Positions 19,493 through 28,500 of a stretch of 64,000 nt of DNA are shown here, piece by piece. Below the pieces are notes generated by a model. The model was not told the origin of the DNA. It searched no databases and was given only the letters and a program-made list of their open reading frames with translations. The DNA lies in contig DAIDIE010000021.1 in assembly GCA_027459505.1 (NCBI GenBank), forward strand, positions 16,803 to 80,802. Direction: 5' to 3'. Source of the stretch: Acidobacteriota bacterium. Lineage in GTDB: Bacteria > Acidobacteriota > Terriglobia > Terriglobales > SCQP01. The position numbers and the translations under genes were made by a program. How positions within the stretch are numbered: the stretch's first letter is position 1; every line of letters starts with the position of its first letter.

Positions 19493-20545
19493 ATGCCGGA
19501 TTTGGATGAATTAAAAGAGAACCGTGCGCAGCCCGATGCCACAGCACCGGCGGTGCCGGCCCATGCAGAAGCCGAGTTTCGCGCCGATCAGCTGCTCTTG
19601 CAACTGGCCGACGAACGCGAGCGGGCACGGCGCCGGGAAGCGGTGCTGCTCTCCATCATCGTCCATCTCTGCGTGTTCCTTTTCTTCTTGCTGTTTGGCA
19701 AGTGGCTGTTCCACAAAAAGCCAAACCCGCAGCAATTGCTGGTGGAACAACATCTACGCAATCACCAGCTCACCTATATTGAAGCGCCACCGCTTCCCAA
19801 GCCAAAGATCAAGGTGCACAGTCCGGTGCGCAGCGACCAGGACCGGTTGGTGCGCCATCCCGCCCCTCCCATCTCTGTGCCACAGGGAAATCGCGGTTTC
19901 CGCAATGCGCCCACGCCGCCCGTGCGTCCGCAGCCGGCGCCTCCCGCGCGCGCAGTCGCTCCACAACCACCGCCCGGGCAAACTTCGCCAAAGCCGGGCA
20001 AACAACGAGAGGCCGGACAGAAGCAGCAAGGTTTGCGGCTTGAAAATGTTCCTGCCCGCCGGACTAGCAATATTCCGCTGGGCGGAATGACCATCGCTGA
20101 CCAGCTCCGTGCCGCGGAAAGAGGCGCCGCGGCGGAACGTGAGGGACAGGGGGTTACGGCCGCTACCCCGCGCAGTCATCCCGGTGGGCCCGGTCGCGCC
20201 GGCGTAACCATCCTGACCGACACCCAGGGCGTGGACTTCGATCCCTACCTGCGCCGCATTGTGCACACCGTGCGTTTGAACTGGTACGCGGTCATGCCGG
20301 AGATGGCCTACATGGGGCGCAAAGGGCGAGTGTTCATTGTCTTCCGCATTGAGCGCAACGGCAGCGTACCCAGCATCCAACTGGTCTCTCCCTCCGGCAC
20401 GGAGTCGCTCGATCGCGCCGCGGTCGCCGCAATTAGCGCCTCCAATCCCTTCCCGCCGCTGCCCAGCCAATTTCATGGTCCGGAAATTGAACTGGAGTTT
20501 GGGTTCTTTTACAACATGCTGCCGCCAGGGCAGAGTGGCCCATAA
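19493..20545 (+). CDS. TonB family energy transducer
   Basis: TM helix (LLSIIVHLCVFLFFLLF), a Pro-rich spacer, and a TonB_C-like end (YLRRI...GRVFIVFRIERNGSV...SGTESLDRAAVAAI). ATG 19493 is preceded by AGGTGG. Confidence 0.75.
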   Translation: MPDLDELKENRAQPDATAPAVPAHAEAEFRADQLLLQLADERERARRREAVLLSIIVHLCVFLFFLLFGKWLFHKKPNPQQLLVEQHLRNHQLTYIEAPPLPKPKIKVHSPVRSDQDRLVRHPAPPISVPQGNRGFRNAPTPPVRPQPAPPARAVAPQPPPGQTSPKPGKQREAGQKQQGLRLENVPARRTSNIPLGGMTIADQLRAAERGAAAEREGQGVTAATPRSHPGGPGRAGVTILTDTQGVDFDPYLRRIVHTVRLNWYAVMPEMAYMGRKGRVFIVFRIERNGSVPSIQLVSPSGTESLDRAAVAAISASNPFPPLPSQFHGPEIELEFGFFYNMLPPGQSGP

Positions 20546-20598
20546 CGCAGCCCCCCACCGCTGCCCATTGCACTCCTGGGAATCAACCGTCAACTGCC

Positions 20599-21336
20599 AT
20601 GCAACATGACCTCGCCCGTTTTGACCGCCGATATTTTGAGGATCCCGACTACCCAGCCGGATTGAAGGGGGGAGACGAGGTTCAGGGCTACGGTTACTAC
20701 CCGGAATACTTCCCGATCGTGCAGGCGCAGCTGTCGTCCCTTGTCGAATTGCTGGAGTCTGGCCGGCTGCTCGATGCCGGCTGCGGAAAAGGTGCGTTGG
20801 CCGCCTACGCTCGCCGGGACCTGCACACTCCAACCGTAGGGCTGGACGGCAGTGCCCACGCCCTGGGCTTTGCTCGCCGCCACTTCGGCGGCGCGGACTC
20901 GGTGTTGGGTGATATCAGCCGCCTCCCGTTTCCCTCGGATCTGTTTGACCTGTGCTGGAGCAATGGCGTTCTGCAGTACCTCTCCGCCGATCAGGCGGGG
21001 GCGGCGTTACGCGAGCTGGCGCGCGTGACGCGACGCGCCGCTTTTATCTCCAATATCGCCGCCGCCCACCGCTACGGCGAATGGGGCCAACATGATCACC
21101 TGACGCGCCTTTATCTTCGCCCGGCGCAATGGGAAGGCTTCGCACGCGCACAGGGATTGGACGCGGTGGCCCTTCCCTTTGAAGGCGAGTCGGCCATCCT
21201 GATCCTGAAAGACGCACCGCGCAGCTTGCCTCTGCGTTTTGTCGAGCTCAGCCTGGAGCGCATGAAACGCCTGGGAGCCCTGCAGCGCACGCCACCGCCG
21301 CTCGATGGGTTCTACCGCAAGATGCAGCGGCGATAG
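20599..21336 (+). CDS. class I SAM-dependent methyltransferase
   Basis: Motif I LLDAGCGKGALA and a downstream LFDLCWSNGVLQYL. Confidence 0.8.
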   Translation: MQHDLARFDRRYFEDPDYPAGLKGGDEVQGYGYYPEYFPIVQAQLSSLVELLESGRLLDAGCGKGALAAYARRDLHTPTVGLDGSAHALGFARRHFGGADSVLGDISRLPFPSDLFDLCWSNGVLQYLSADQAGAALRELARVTRRAAFISNIAAAHRYGEWGQHDHLTRLYLRPAQWEGFARAQGLDAVALPFEGESAILILKDAPRSLPLRFVELSLERMKRLGALQRTPPPLDGFYRKMQRR

Positions 21337-21450
21337 GGGCGGCTTATCGGGGTTTTGGCCGCGAGCCAGACTTCGCAGTGGGCGGCGGTCAGATTCGCCG
21401 CAGAAGAAATGCATCGTTCATGAAACCCGCGCAGGCAGTATACTGTTTGC

Positions 21451-21535
21451 AATCTCTACTGCCCGAATTACCCAACGTTTTACAAGGCGGAGGCCACCAA
21501 CGTTTTGCTGAGTTGGCTCCGCCTGTTTCATTTAT
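21451..21535 (+). ncRNA. candidate small RNA (promoter-like TTCATG-16nt-TATACT at 21417-21444; hairpin plus U-rich tail 21486-21535)
   Basis: Sigma70-like boxes with a 16-nt spacer. Imperfect 9-bp GC stem GGCGGAG(G)CC/GGCTCCGCC followed by TGTTTCATTTAT. CCAACGTTTT occurs twice (21472-21481 and 21497-21506, the second inside the hairpin loop). Confidence 0.3.
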
Positions 21536-21673
21536 CGCCGAAAGCACATTGCTCACAGCATCATTTTGCGGCTGACTCGATTGCGGCCATGCACTCCGCT
21601 CAAAAGAATGCGGGCGACCCGCCGGAGTCTTGCGACTCTGGTGTTCGCCCGCACGTTCAGCACTGAATTGGGG

Positions 21674-21960
21674 GCGGCACGGCCGCTTTTATTCCACGCG
21701 CTTCGGTGTCCGGCCGAAGCAGACGGATGGTGGCCGCGCTTTACTAGCCCGAGTTCGTCACACAACGGGACGTCTGCGATCGAGCGGCATGCGGCTTTTC
21801 CTGTTGAGAAAAGCCGCACTCTTCTCCGCTCCAACGACTCGCCTGGTGACGAACCCGGGCGTCGCCAGCGGTGCGTGACCTAAACGGCAACCCCGGACCT
21901 TCGCGACGACTTCGGCCTGCGATTTCGAACTCGAAAGCAGTTCGACTCGGCCCTGGCTCG
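21674..21960 (+). repeat. structured intergenic repeat, copy A (about 174-nt element interrupted by a 113-nt insertion)
   Basis: Shares GCGGCACGGCCGCTTTTATTCCAC...GCTTCGG..CCGAAGC...GGCAACCCCGGACC...CTTCGGCCTGCGATTTCGAACTCGAAAGCAGTTCGACTCGGCCCTGGCTCG with copies B-E. Confidence 0.9.
21748..21860 (+). mobile_element. MITE-like insertion nested in repeat copy A
   Basis: Absent from copies B-E at the same point (…CTTTACTAG|TCGCCAGCGG…). Terminal inverted repeats CCCGAGTTCGTCAC (21748-21761) and GTGACGAACCCGGG (21846-21859) match 13/14. Internal perfect 10-bp hairpin GCGGCTTTTC-ctgttga-GAAAAGCCGC (21791-21817). Confidence 0.6.
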
Positions 21961-22004
21961 TGTGGCAGCCGCTCAGACGCGGCCAAACCAGCAAGTACTG
22001 TTTC

Positions 22005-22724
22005 CTAGAAGGTAAACACGATTCCGGCCGAAGGCTGGGTAACGTGCGCCCAACCGGTAGTCGCCAGACTCGGGAGGTTGAAATTGGGCGGGCGATAGTT
22101 CAACTCCCGTACCTGGAAACGCAGTCCCACGTTGGCAATGCGGAAATCCAGGCCCGCACCGTAGTCCCACATCGCCTTCCATTGCGCACTGGCGCCTGGG
22201 ACGTTGGTGGTGCTGCTGGTGGGGCGGAAGTCGAGGCCGCCACCACCACCCAGAACAAAGGGTTGCAAGCCGAAGAAGCTGGGCGTATTGAAGACCAGGT
22301 TTCCACTGACCTCGTGCATGTTCGCCTGAACCGAAGCTGGTCCCAAATTGGTGACATATCCGTGGGAATTGCGCGTGAACCCATAATTGCCCTCGATCGC
22401 CCACCACTTCGTAAAGTGATAACGATCGTTGACGAGCAGGCCTGCCGAGTTCGTCACAAAGTGACTGGCAAAGCTCCCACTGGGATTGGTATCACCGGTG
22501 AAGATGCCGCTGATTTGAAAAGAGAGATCGTTCTTGGGGGCGTCGGAAGCTCCCGGACTCCCCGCCGAGCCGGGACCGGGGCTGCTGCTGGGCTGATCCT
22601 GAGCAAAGGCCGCGAAGGCGCTAAGAAAGACAACGACCAAAAGAGCAACAAATTTAGGGTATTGACGTCTCACGGGAATGACCCTCCATGTGGTTTCAGG
22701 AAGAGTTCTCTTGCTTGTCTTCAC
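22005..22724 (-). CDS. outer-membrane beta-barrel protein (OmpA/OmpW-like porin family)
   Basis: Signal peptide ...FVALLVVVFLSAFAAFAQD, alternating beta-strand pattern, and a C-terminal ...AGIVFTF with terminal Phe. A GTG at 22673 is an alternative start. Confidence 0.7.
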   Translation of the reverse strand: MKTSKRTLPETTWRVIPVRRQYPKFVALLVVVFLSAFAAFAQDQPSSSPGPGSAGSPGASDAPKNDLSFQISGIFTGDTNPSGSFASHFVTNSAGLLVNDRYHFTKWWAIEGNYGFTRNSHGYVTNLGPASVQANMHEVSGNLVFNTPSFFGLQPFVLGGGGGLDFRPTSSTTNVPGASAQWKAMWDYGAGLDFRIANVGLRFQVRELNYRPPNFNLPSLATTGWAHVTQPSAGIVFTF

Positions 22725-22970
22725 TTGCGATGCTAGGGAAAAACGGTGGGAAGCCCGGCATTACGGGCACCGGGCAGTCTTTTGGCGGGTAAAGCGGGGG
22801 TGGTGCGGGATGACTGCCTGTCCCACTCACACCGGCAACTTAGTGGGGGTGCCCGGCGCAGCGTGATGCAGCGTGGGCGCGGAGACGGGCTTGCGCAACG
22901 GCGGCGATTGCGGGGTGCCTCCTCTACAATTGCGGACTGAAGTATCGAGATTGAGGAGAACCATCCCAAC

Positions 22971-25298
22971 ATGAAATTCGGCCACCGCCAGTTGTGTCTG
23001 CTTCCCTTTCTGCTTGCCGGCGCATTTGCGCAGATGCCGGTGTTTCCGCTGGCGACGGTCAGCACTCAGCCCTCGGCGGTGGTGGTGCACAACGGCGCGG
23101 AGACGCTGCGTATTACGGTGTGCGCTCCGGGGGTCATCCATGTGGTCGCGGGGCCGGGAGAGCCGCAGGGCGCCTCGCCGCAGACGCCCTGGATGCTGCA
23201 GCGGTGTCAGGGGCAAGCGCCGCAGCTGACCAGCAGCGGCAAAGAAGCGGTGATCCACACGGCACAACTGGCGCTGCACATCCGGCTGCAACCGGTGCTG
23301 CTGCGCTTTACCACTGCGGATGGCAAAACGCTGCTGCAGGAGTCAGAGCGCGTGCCGCGGCGCTATGTCTCCGAAAAAGTGAACGGTGAAAGACTCTATC
23401 GCGTGGAGGAGCGCTTTTTCCCTGACGCGCTGGAAGGCTTTTACGGACTCGGACAACATCAGGACGGCGTCTTCGATTACCGGGGTGCGGTGGAGGAACT
23501 GGCGCAGGCCAATACCAACGTCGCCATCCCCATGTTCGTCTCCACGCTGGGATATGGCGTGCTCTGGAACACCGCTTCGCGTTCCTGGTTCGACAACCGG
23601 TTTCCCACCGAATTGAAGCTCTCTACCGATGCCGCCGACGCCATCGATTATTACTTCATTTACGGTCCCCGCATCGACCAGATCATTCACCAGTACCGTG
23701 CGATGACGGGACATGCGCCGCTGTTTGGGCGGTGGGCTTATGGGTTTGTGCAGTCGAAAGACCGCTACACCTCGGCCAAACAACTGCTGGACATCGCCGC
23801 CGAATACCGCAGCCATCACGTGCCGCTGGACTTCATCGTGCAGGATTGGTTCTGGTGGAATCTGCAGGGGGACCCGGAATACAACCCGAAGTATCTGCAA
23901 CCGTGGCCCAACGTTCCGCAGGCGCTGAAGCTGCTGCACCAGGAACACGTGCACGCCATGATTTCGGTGTGGGCCAAAATGGATCCGCGTTCGCACAATT
24001 ATCAGGAGATGAAGCGGCGCCATCTGATTGTCCCCGGCACCGATATTTATGACGCCACTAACCCGGCGGCCCGTGATTACTATTGGAAACACCTGATGGG
24101 GGTGAAATTCGCGGAGGGATGGGATGGCTTCTGGCTGGACAGCAGCGAACCGGAAATCTGGAACGGACAAAGCGACGCCAGCCTGTTTGACCGCCACCTC
24201 TTTATCGGCAATGGAGCGCGCTACACCAACGTGTACCCCTTGCTGCACACCGGCGGGGTGTACCAGCATTGGCGGCAAACCACGGACAAGAAGCGGGTGT
24301 TCATCCTGACGCGTTCGGCCTTTCTGGGCCAGCAGCGCAACGCCACCACGGTGTGGTCTGGAGACGTGATTGGGACGTGGATGACCTTCCGGCGGCAGAT
24401 CAGCGCGGGGCTGAACTTCCAGATGTCGGGTCTGCCCTACTGGACTACCGACATCGCCGGCTATGGCTGGCCCTACGAGCGCGACACACGCGACCCGGAT
24501 TACCAGCAGCTCTATACGCGCTGGTTCGAGTACGGCGTCTTCTGTCCGATTCTGCGCACCCACGGACACCGGGTGAACAACACCAACGAATTATTCAGCT
24601 ATGGCCCGCAGACCCCAACGCTGATCGCCTACGATAAGCTGCGTTATCGCCTGCTGCCCTACATTTATTCGCTGGCCTGGCAAGTCACCCATCACGATTA
24701 CACCATGCAGCGCGCTCTTCCCATGGACTGGCCCAACGACAGGCGGGCCCGCGACATTGGCGACGAATTCATGTTCGGACCCGCCCTGCTGGTGGCCCCG
24801 GTTACCGAAAAAGGCGCAACGAGCCGCGAGGTGTATTTGCCGCCGGCGCCAGCCTGGTTCAACTTCTGGACTGGACAACGCCTGAGTGGCTCGCAGGTGC
24901 GGCAGGCGGCGGCGCCGCTGGACCGCATTCCCGTTTATGTGCGGGCGGGTTCGATTGTGCCGCTCGGCCCGGTCGTCGACAATGCCGATAGCCAGGTGAC
25001 CACACTGGAGGTGCGGGTCTACCCAGGCGCCAATGGCGACTTCCAGTGGTACTCCGATGCCGGCGACAGCTATGCCTACGAAAAAGGCCAGCGCCGGGTA
25101 GTGCACATGCATTGGGACGACGCCACACGCACCCTGCAACTGGACGCGGCCCAGGGCAGCTACCCCGGTATGCCGGCCAAGGTTCATATCCAGCTTCTGG
25201 TCGTCGGTCCGGGACACGGTACCGGAGCCGGCGTCGCTGCGGCCTTCGATGGCGCAGGAGACTACGTTGGTCAGCCTCTTGCAATCAGGGCGCGCTAA
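22971..25298 (+). CDS. glycoside hydrolase family 31 (alpha-xylosidase/alpha-glucosidase-like)
   Basis: Signal peptide. GFWLDSSEPE nucleophile region and VWSGDVIGTW motif, typical of GH31. Confidence 0.9.
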   Translation: MKFGHRQLCLLPFLLAGAFAQMPVFPLATVSTQPSAVVVHNGAETLRITVCAPGVIHVVAGPGEPQGASPQTPWMLQRCQGQAPQLTSSGKEAVIHTAQLALHIRLQPVLLRFTTADGKTLLQESERVPRRYVSEKVNGERLYRVEERFFPDALEGFYGLGQHQDGVFDYRGAVEELAQANTNVAIPMFVSTLGYGVLWNTASRSWFDNRFPTELKLSTDAADAIDYYFIYGPRIDQIIHQYRAMTGHAPLFGRWAYGFVQSKDRYTSAKQLLDIAAEYRSHHVPLDFIVQDWFWWNLQGDPEYNPKYLQPWPNVPQALKLLHQEHVHAMISVWAKMDPRSHNYQEMKRRHLIVPGTDIYDATNPAARDYYWKHLMGVKFAEGWDGFWLDSSEPEIWNGQSDASLFDRHLFIGNGARYTNVYPLLHTGGVYQHWRQTTDKKRVFILTRSAFLGQQRNATTVWSGDVIGTWMTFRRQISAGLNFQMSGLPYWTTDIAGYGWPYERDTRDPDYQQLYTRWFEYGVFCPILRTHGHRVNNTNELFSYGPQTPTLIAYDKLRYRLLPYIYSLAWQVTHHDYTMQRALPMDWPNDRRARDIGDEFMFGPALLVAPVTEKGATSREVYLPPAPAWFNFWTGQRLSGSQVRQAAAPLDRIPVYVRAGSIVPLGPVVDNADSQVTTLEVRVYPGANGDFQWYSDAGDSYAYEKGQRRVVHMHWDDATRTLQLDAAQGSYPGMPAKVHIQLLVVGPGHGTGAGVAAAFDGAGDYVGQPLAIRAR

Positions 25299-25313
25299 AA
25301 CCCTCCACCAAAG

Positions 25314-25350
25314 GAAAGGGCGGCCGGAGTCCCGGCCGCCCTTTCCTTTT
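25314..25350 (+). terminator. intrinsic terminator of the GH31 gene
   Basis: Perfect 14-bp stem GAAAGGGCGGCCGG / CCGGCCGCCCTTTC with a 4-nt loop, followed by CTTTTCCCTT. Confidence 0.7.
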
Positions 25351-25361
25351 CCCTTGAACAA

Positions 25362-25530
25362 GCGGCACGGCCGCTTTTATTTCACTGCTTCGTCGTCCGA
25401 CCGAAGCTGACGGATGGCCACGCATTCCTAGTCGCCAGCGGTGCGGGACCTGAACGGCAACCCCGGACCTTAGCTACGACTTCGGCCTGCGATCTCGAAC
25501 TCGAAATCAGTTCGACTCGGCCCTGGCCCG
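25362..25530 (+). repeat. structured intergenic repeat, copy B
   Basis: Full-length copy. Its 3' end lies 6 nt from the convergent smc stop codon. Confidence 0.9.
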
Positions 25531-25536
25531 CAGTGC

Positions 25537-28500
25537 TTACGCGCTGGCGCGTTCAGACTTGCCTTCCATGTTTACCGATACCAGGCGGCTCACGCCTGCC
25601 TGCTGCATCGTCACGCCATAGAGCAGCGGCGCGATCTCCATGGTGCGTTTGTTGTGGGTGATGATGATGAATTGCGTCTGCTCGCTCATCTTCCGCACCA
25701 TCGCCGAGAAGCGGCTGACGTTGGCCTCGTCAAGCGGAGCATCCACCTCGTCCAGCACGCAGAAAGGACTCGGCTGGTACTGGAACACCGAGAGCAACAG
25801 CGCCATCGCGGTCATGGCCTTTTCTCCGCCCGAGAGCAGCAGAGCGTTCTGCAGCTTCTTGCCGGGCGGCTGGGCCACGATGTCCACGCCACTTTCCGGA
25901 TCGTTCTCCGCGTCGGTGAGTTTCAGGAAGCCCTGCCCGCCCCCGAAGAGCACCTTGAACGACTCCTGGAAGTAGGCGTTGATCTTTTCGAAGGCCTCGT
26001 TGAACTGCTGGCGCGAGATCTGATCGATTTCCTGAATGGCTTTCTGGGTGTCGGCGATGGAGTCGAGCAGATCCTTGCGCTGTGTCTCCAGAAATTGATG
26101 CCGCGTTTGGGTTTCCTGGTATTCCTCCAGCGCCATCATATTGACCGGCCCGAGGTGCTCGATCTTCGTCCGGATGGCGCGCGCCGCCTGTTCAAGATCG
26201 GCCATCTCCTCGGCGGCGGCGCGCACAATGGTCTCGTCCGCCTGTAGTTCCGTAATCTCAATATTGAGCTCGTTCCGGCACGTTTCCGTAACGTGTTCCG
26301 CATCCGCCTGCAGACGAGCCAACGCAACCTCCAGTTCACTGAACCGGTCGCGCAGAGCGTTCACCGCATCCCGCGCGGCCTTGACGCCGGCCTCCAATTC
26401 CGCGGCGCGCGCCCGCGCCTCCACGCGCTCCTGTTCCAGCGCCTGCCGTTGCTGCTCGGCCTCGTCGCGCCGCAGCCGGAGTTGCTGGACTTTTTCACCG
26501 AGTTCGCCCGAAGAGCTCAGCAGCTGTTCGCGCTGCTGGTTCGCCCGCTCCAGATCGCTGTGGATCTGGTTGGAGCGGTTCAGCAAATCGCGCTGCTGAT
26601 GTTCCAGGCGCTGGAAAGCCTCCTGCGCGCCCCGCGACCGTTCCTCCAGCATCGCCAGCCGTGACTGTGCTTCGGCGACCCGCTGGACCGCCTGATCGCG
26701 CCGCAGCCGCACCTCGGCAATATCGGCGTTGATTTGAATCTCTTCCGCTTCCGCCGCCGCCTTATCCTGTTCGGCTTGCTGGCGCTGCGCTTGCAGCGAC
26801 TCCAGACGATTCATACCCTGGGTACGCTCGGCGCGGCCGCGTTCCAGCTCCACGGTGTGCAGACGGAGCCGCTCCTGCAGGCGGCGTACCTCGTTTTCCA
26901 GTTGCTTCAGTCCCTGCCCGCTGGTAAGGATCTGCTTGTCGAGCTCATGCCGGCGCGCGCGCAAGCGGTCCAAGTCATGCTGGGTTACCTGCAGTTCCTG
27001 CGCGATGCCGGAGAGCTGGGTTTCGATCCGCTGAATGGTTTCGCTGACCTCACCCTCCCGGCGGCCCAGTTCGCGCAGTTCCCGCTTCAGGGTGAGCGGT
27101 CCCGCCCCGGAATGGGTGCCGCCACTCACGGTGTGGTTATGGAAGCACTCGCCGCCGGCGGTGAGGAAAAAGGCCTGTGGATTCTGCGTGGCCATCTGCC
27201 GGGCCACTGCCGGGTCGGGAACGATATAGCCGCTGCCCAGCTTGGGCAGCAGATGCTCCAGCGACTTGCCAAAGCCGTTCAGCACGCGCACACAGCTCTT
27301 CAAGGGAATGGGGTTGGGGCTTTCGGGAATGCCCTGACTTTCCAGGTGCTGGGGCAGGTCGAACATCTTATATTGCCCGTCCTGGGGATGCACCAGGAAG
27401 GTGGCACGGCCCTGCACGTCGGTTTGCAGCACGCCCAGTCCGGACTGGGCATCGTTCCAGTCGTGCACCACGACGTAGTTCAATTCGTCCCGCAGAAACT
27501 CTTCCACCACCGCTTCATACGAGCCTTCCACTTCCAGGAAGTCGGCCAGCACACCCATGGCATGGAACTTGTCCTTCGCGGCGCCGGAAGCAAACAGTTT
27601 CTTCACCGCCTCGGTGCTGTAACCATGATGGGCAACGATCTGCTCGATAGAGCGGCGGCGGCCGACGATTTCCGACAGTTCGGCGCGGGCGGCGTCGAGT
27701 TGTTTGCGGCTCACCGCCTCGTTCTGGCGCAGCTCGGAAACGCGGCGCTCGAGCTTACCAATCTCCTGCACGACCTGCTCGAGTTCTTCGCGCTGCCCCT
27801 GAAACTCGAGATCGAGTTGGCCGCGGCGCACGCCCAAAGCGTCCAGCTCCTGATCGGCGGTTTGTTTTTCCTGGTCGAGCCGGGCCAGTTGGCGCTCCAG
27901 GTTGGCAATCACGGTTTCGGCCTGCACCACCTGATTGCCGAACGAAGAAATCTGGCCGAGGAGGCCAAGGACGCGGCGCCGCGCCTGATCGGCTTTCTGT
28001 TCCAGCTCTCGGGCGGCGCGGCTCTCGTTTTCGCCGGCGGCACGCTGTTCCTGATAAGCGGCGCGCGCGGCTTGCGCTTCGGCCAGCACCGCGGTCCGCG
28101 CCTCCTCGGCGCTTTTCAGCTCCTGCTGCGCGGCTGCGCGCTGTTCGGCGAGGCGGCTCAGCTCCTCTTCAAAGCCGCGGGTGCGGTTTTCCAACTCCCG
28201 GGCCTGCTCGCTATTGAACACAATCTGGCGCTCGGCGCGGTCCAGTTCCATCGCCAGCTTGCCGGAATCTTCCGTGAGCTGCCGCAGCTCCTGCTCCACC
28301 TGGCTGGCGCGCTGAAACCACTCCGCACGCGTGGCCTCAGCCTGGTCCAGCCCGGTCTGCGCCGCTTCCAGTGCCGCGCGATCTTGCTCGTGCTCGGCCG
28401 AAACACGCGTGTGCTGTTCCTGCAACGCGTCCGCCTTGCTGGCGAACAACCGGCGCAGATGCTGATCGCTCTCCGCCTTCAACTCCGCGTAGCGCTGGGC

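Noticed and set aside
21880-21960. tRNA- or tmRNA-like T-loop resemblance (GAGTTCGAAATCGCAGG on the minus strand) in the 3' module of the repeats
   Set aside because: No acceptor stem, anticodon arm or CCA context can be built, and the GTTCGAAAT differs from the GTTCGAATC consensus. Five near-identical copies next to unrelated genes fit a repeat element rather than tRNA genes.
21553-21994. Short ORFs with recurring peptides (…NKSGRAA…, …GPSRTAFEFEIAGRS…) here and at 37114-37446 and 58306-58678
   Set aside because: The recurrence is caused by translating the intergenic DNA repeat family. The frames differ between copies and are broken by indels, so these are not a protein family.
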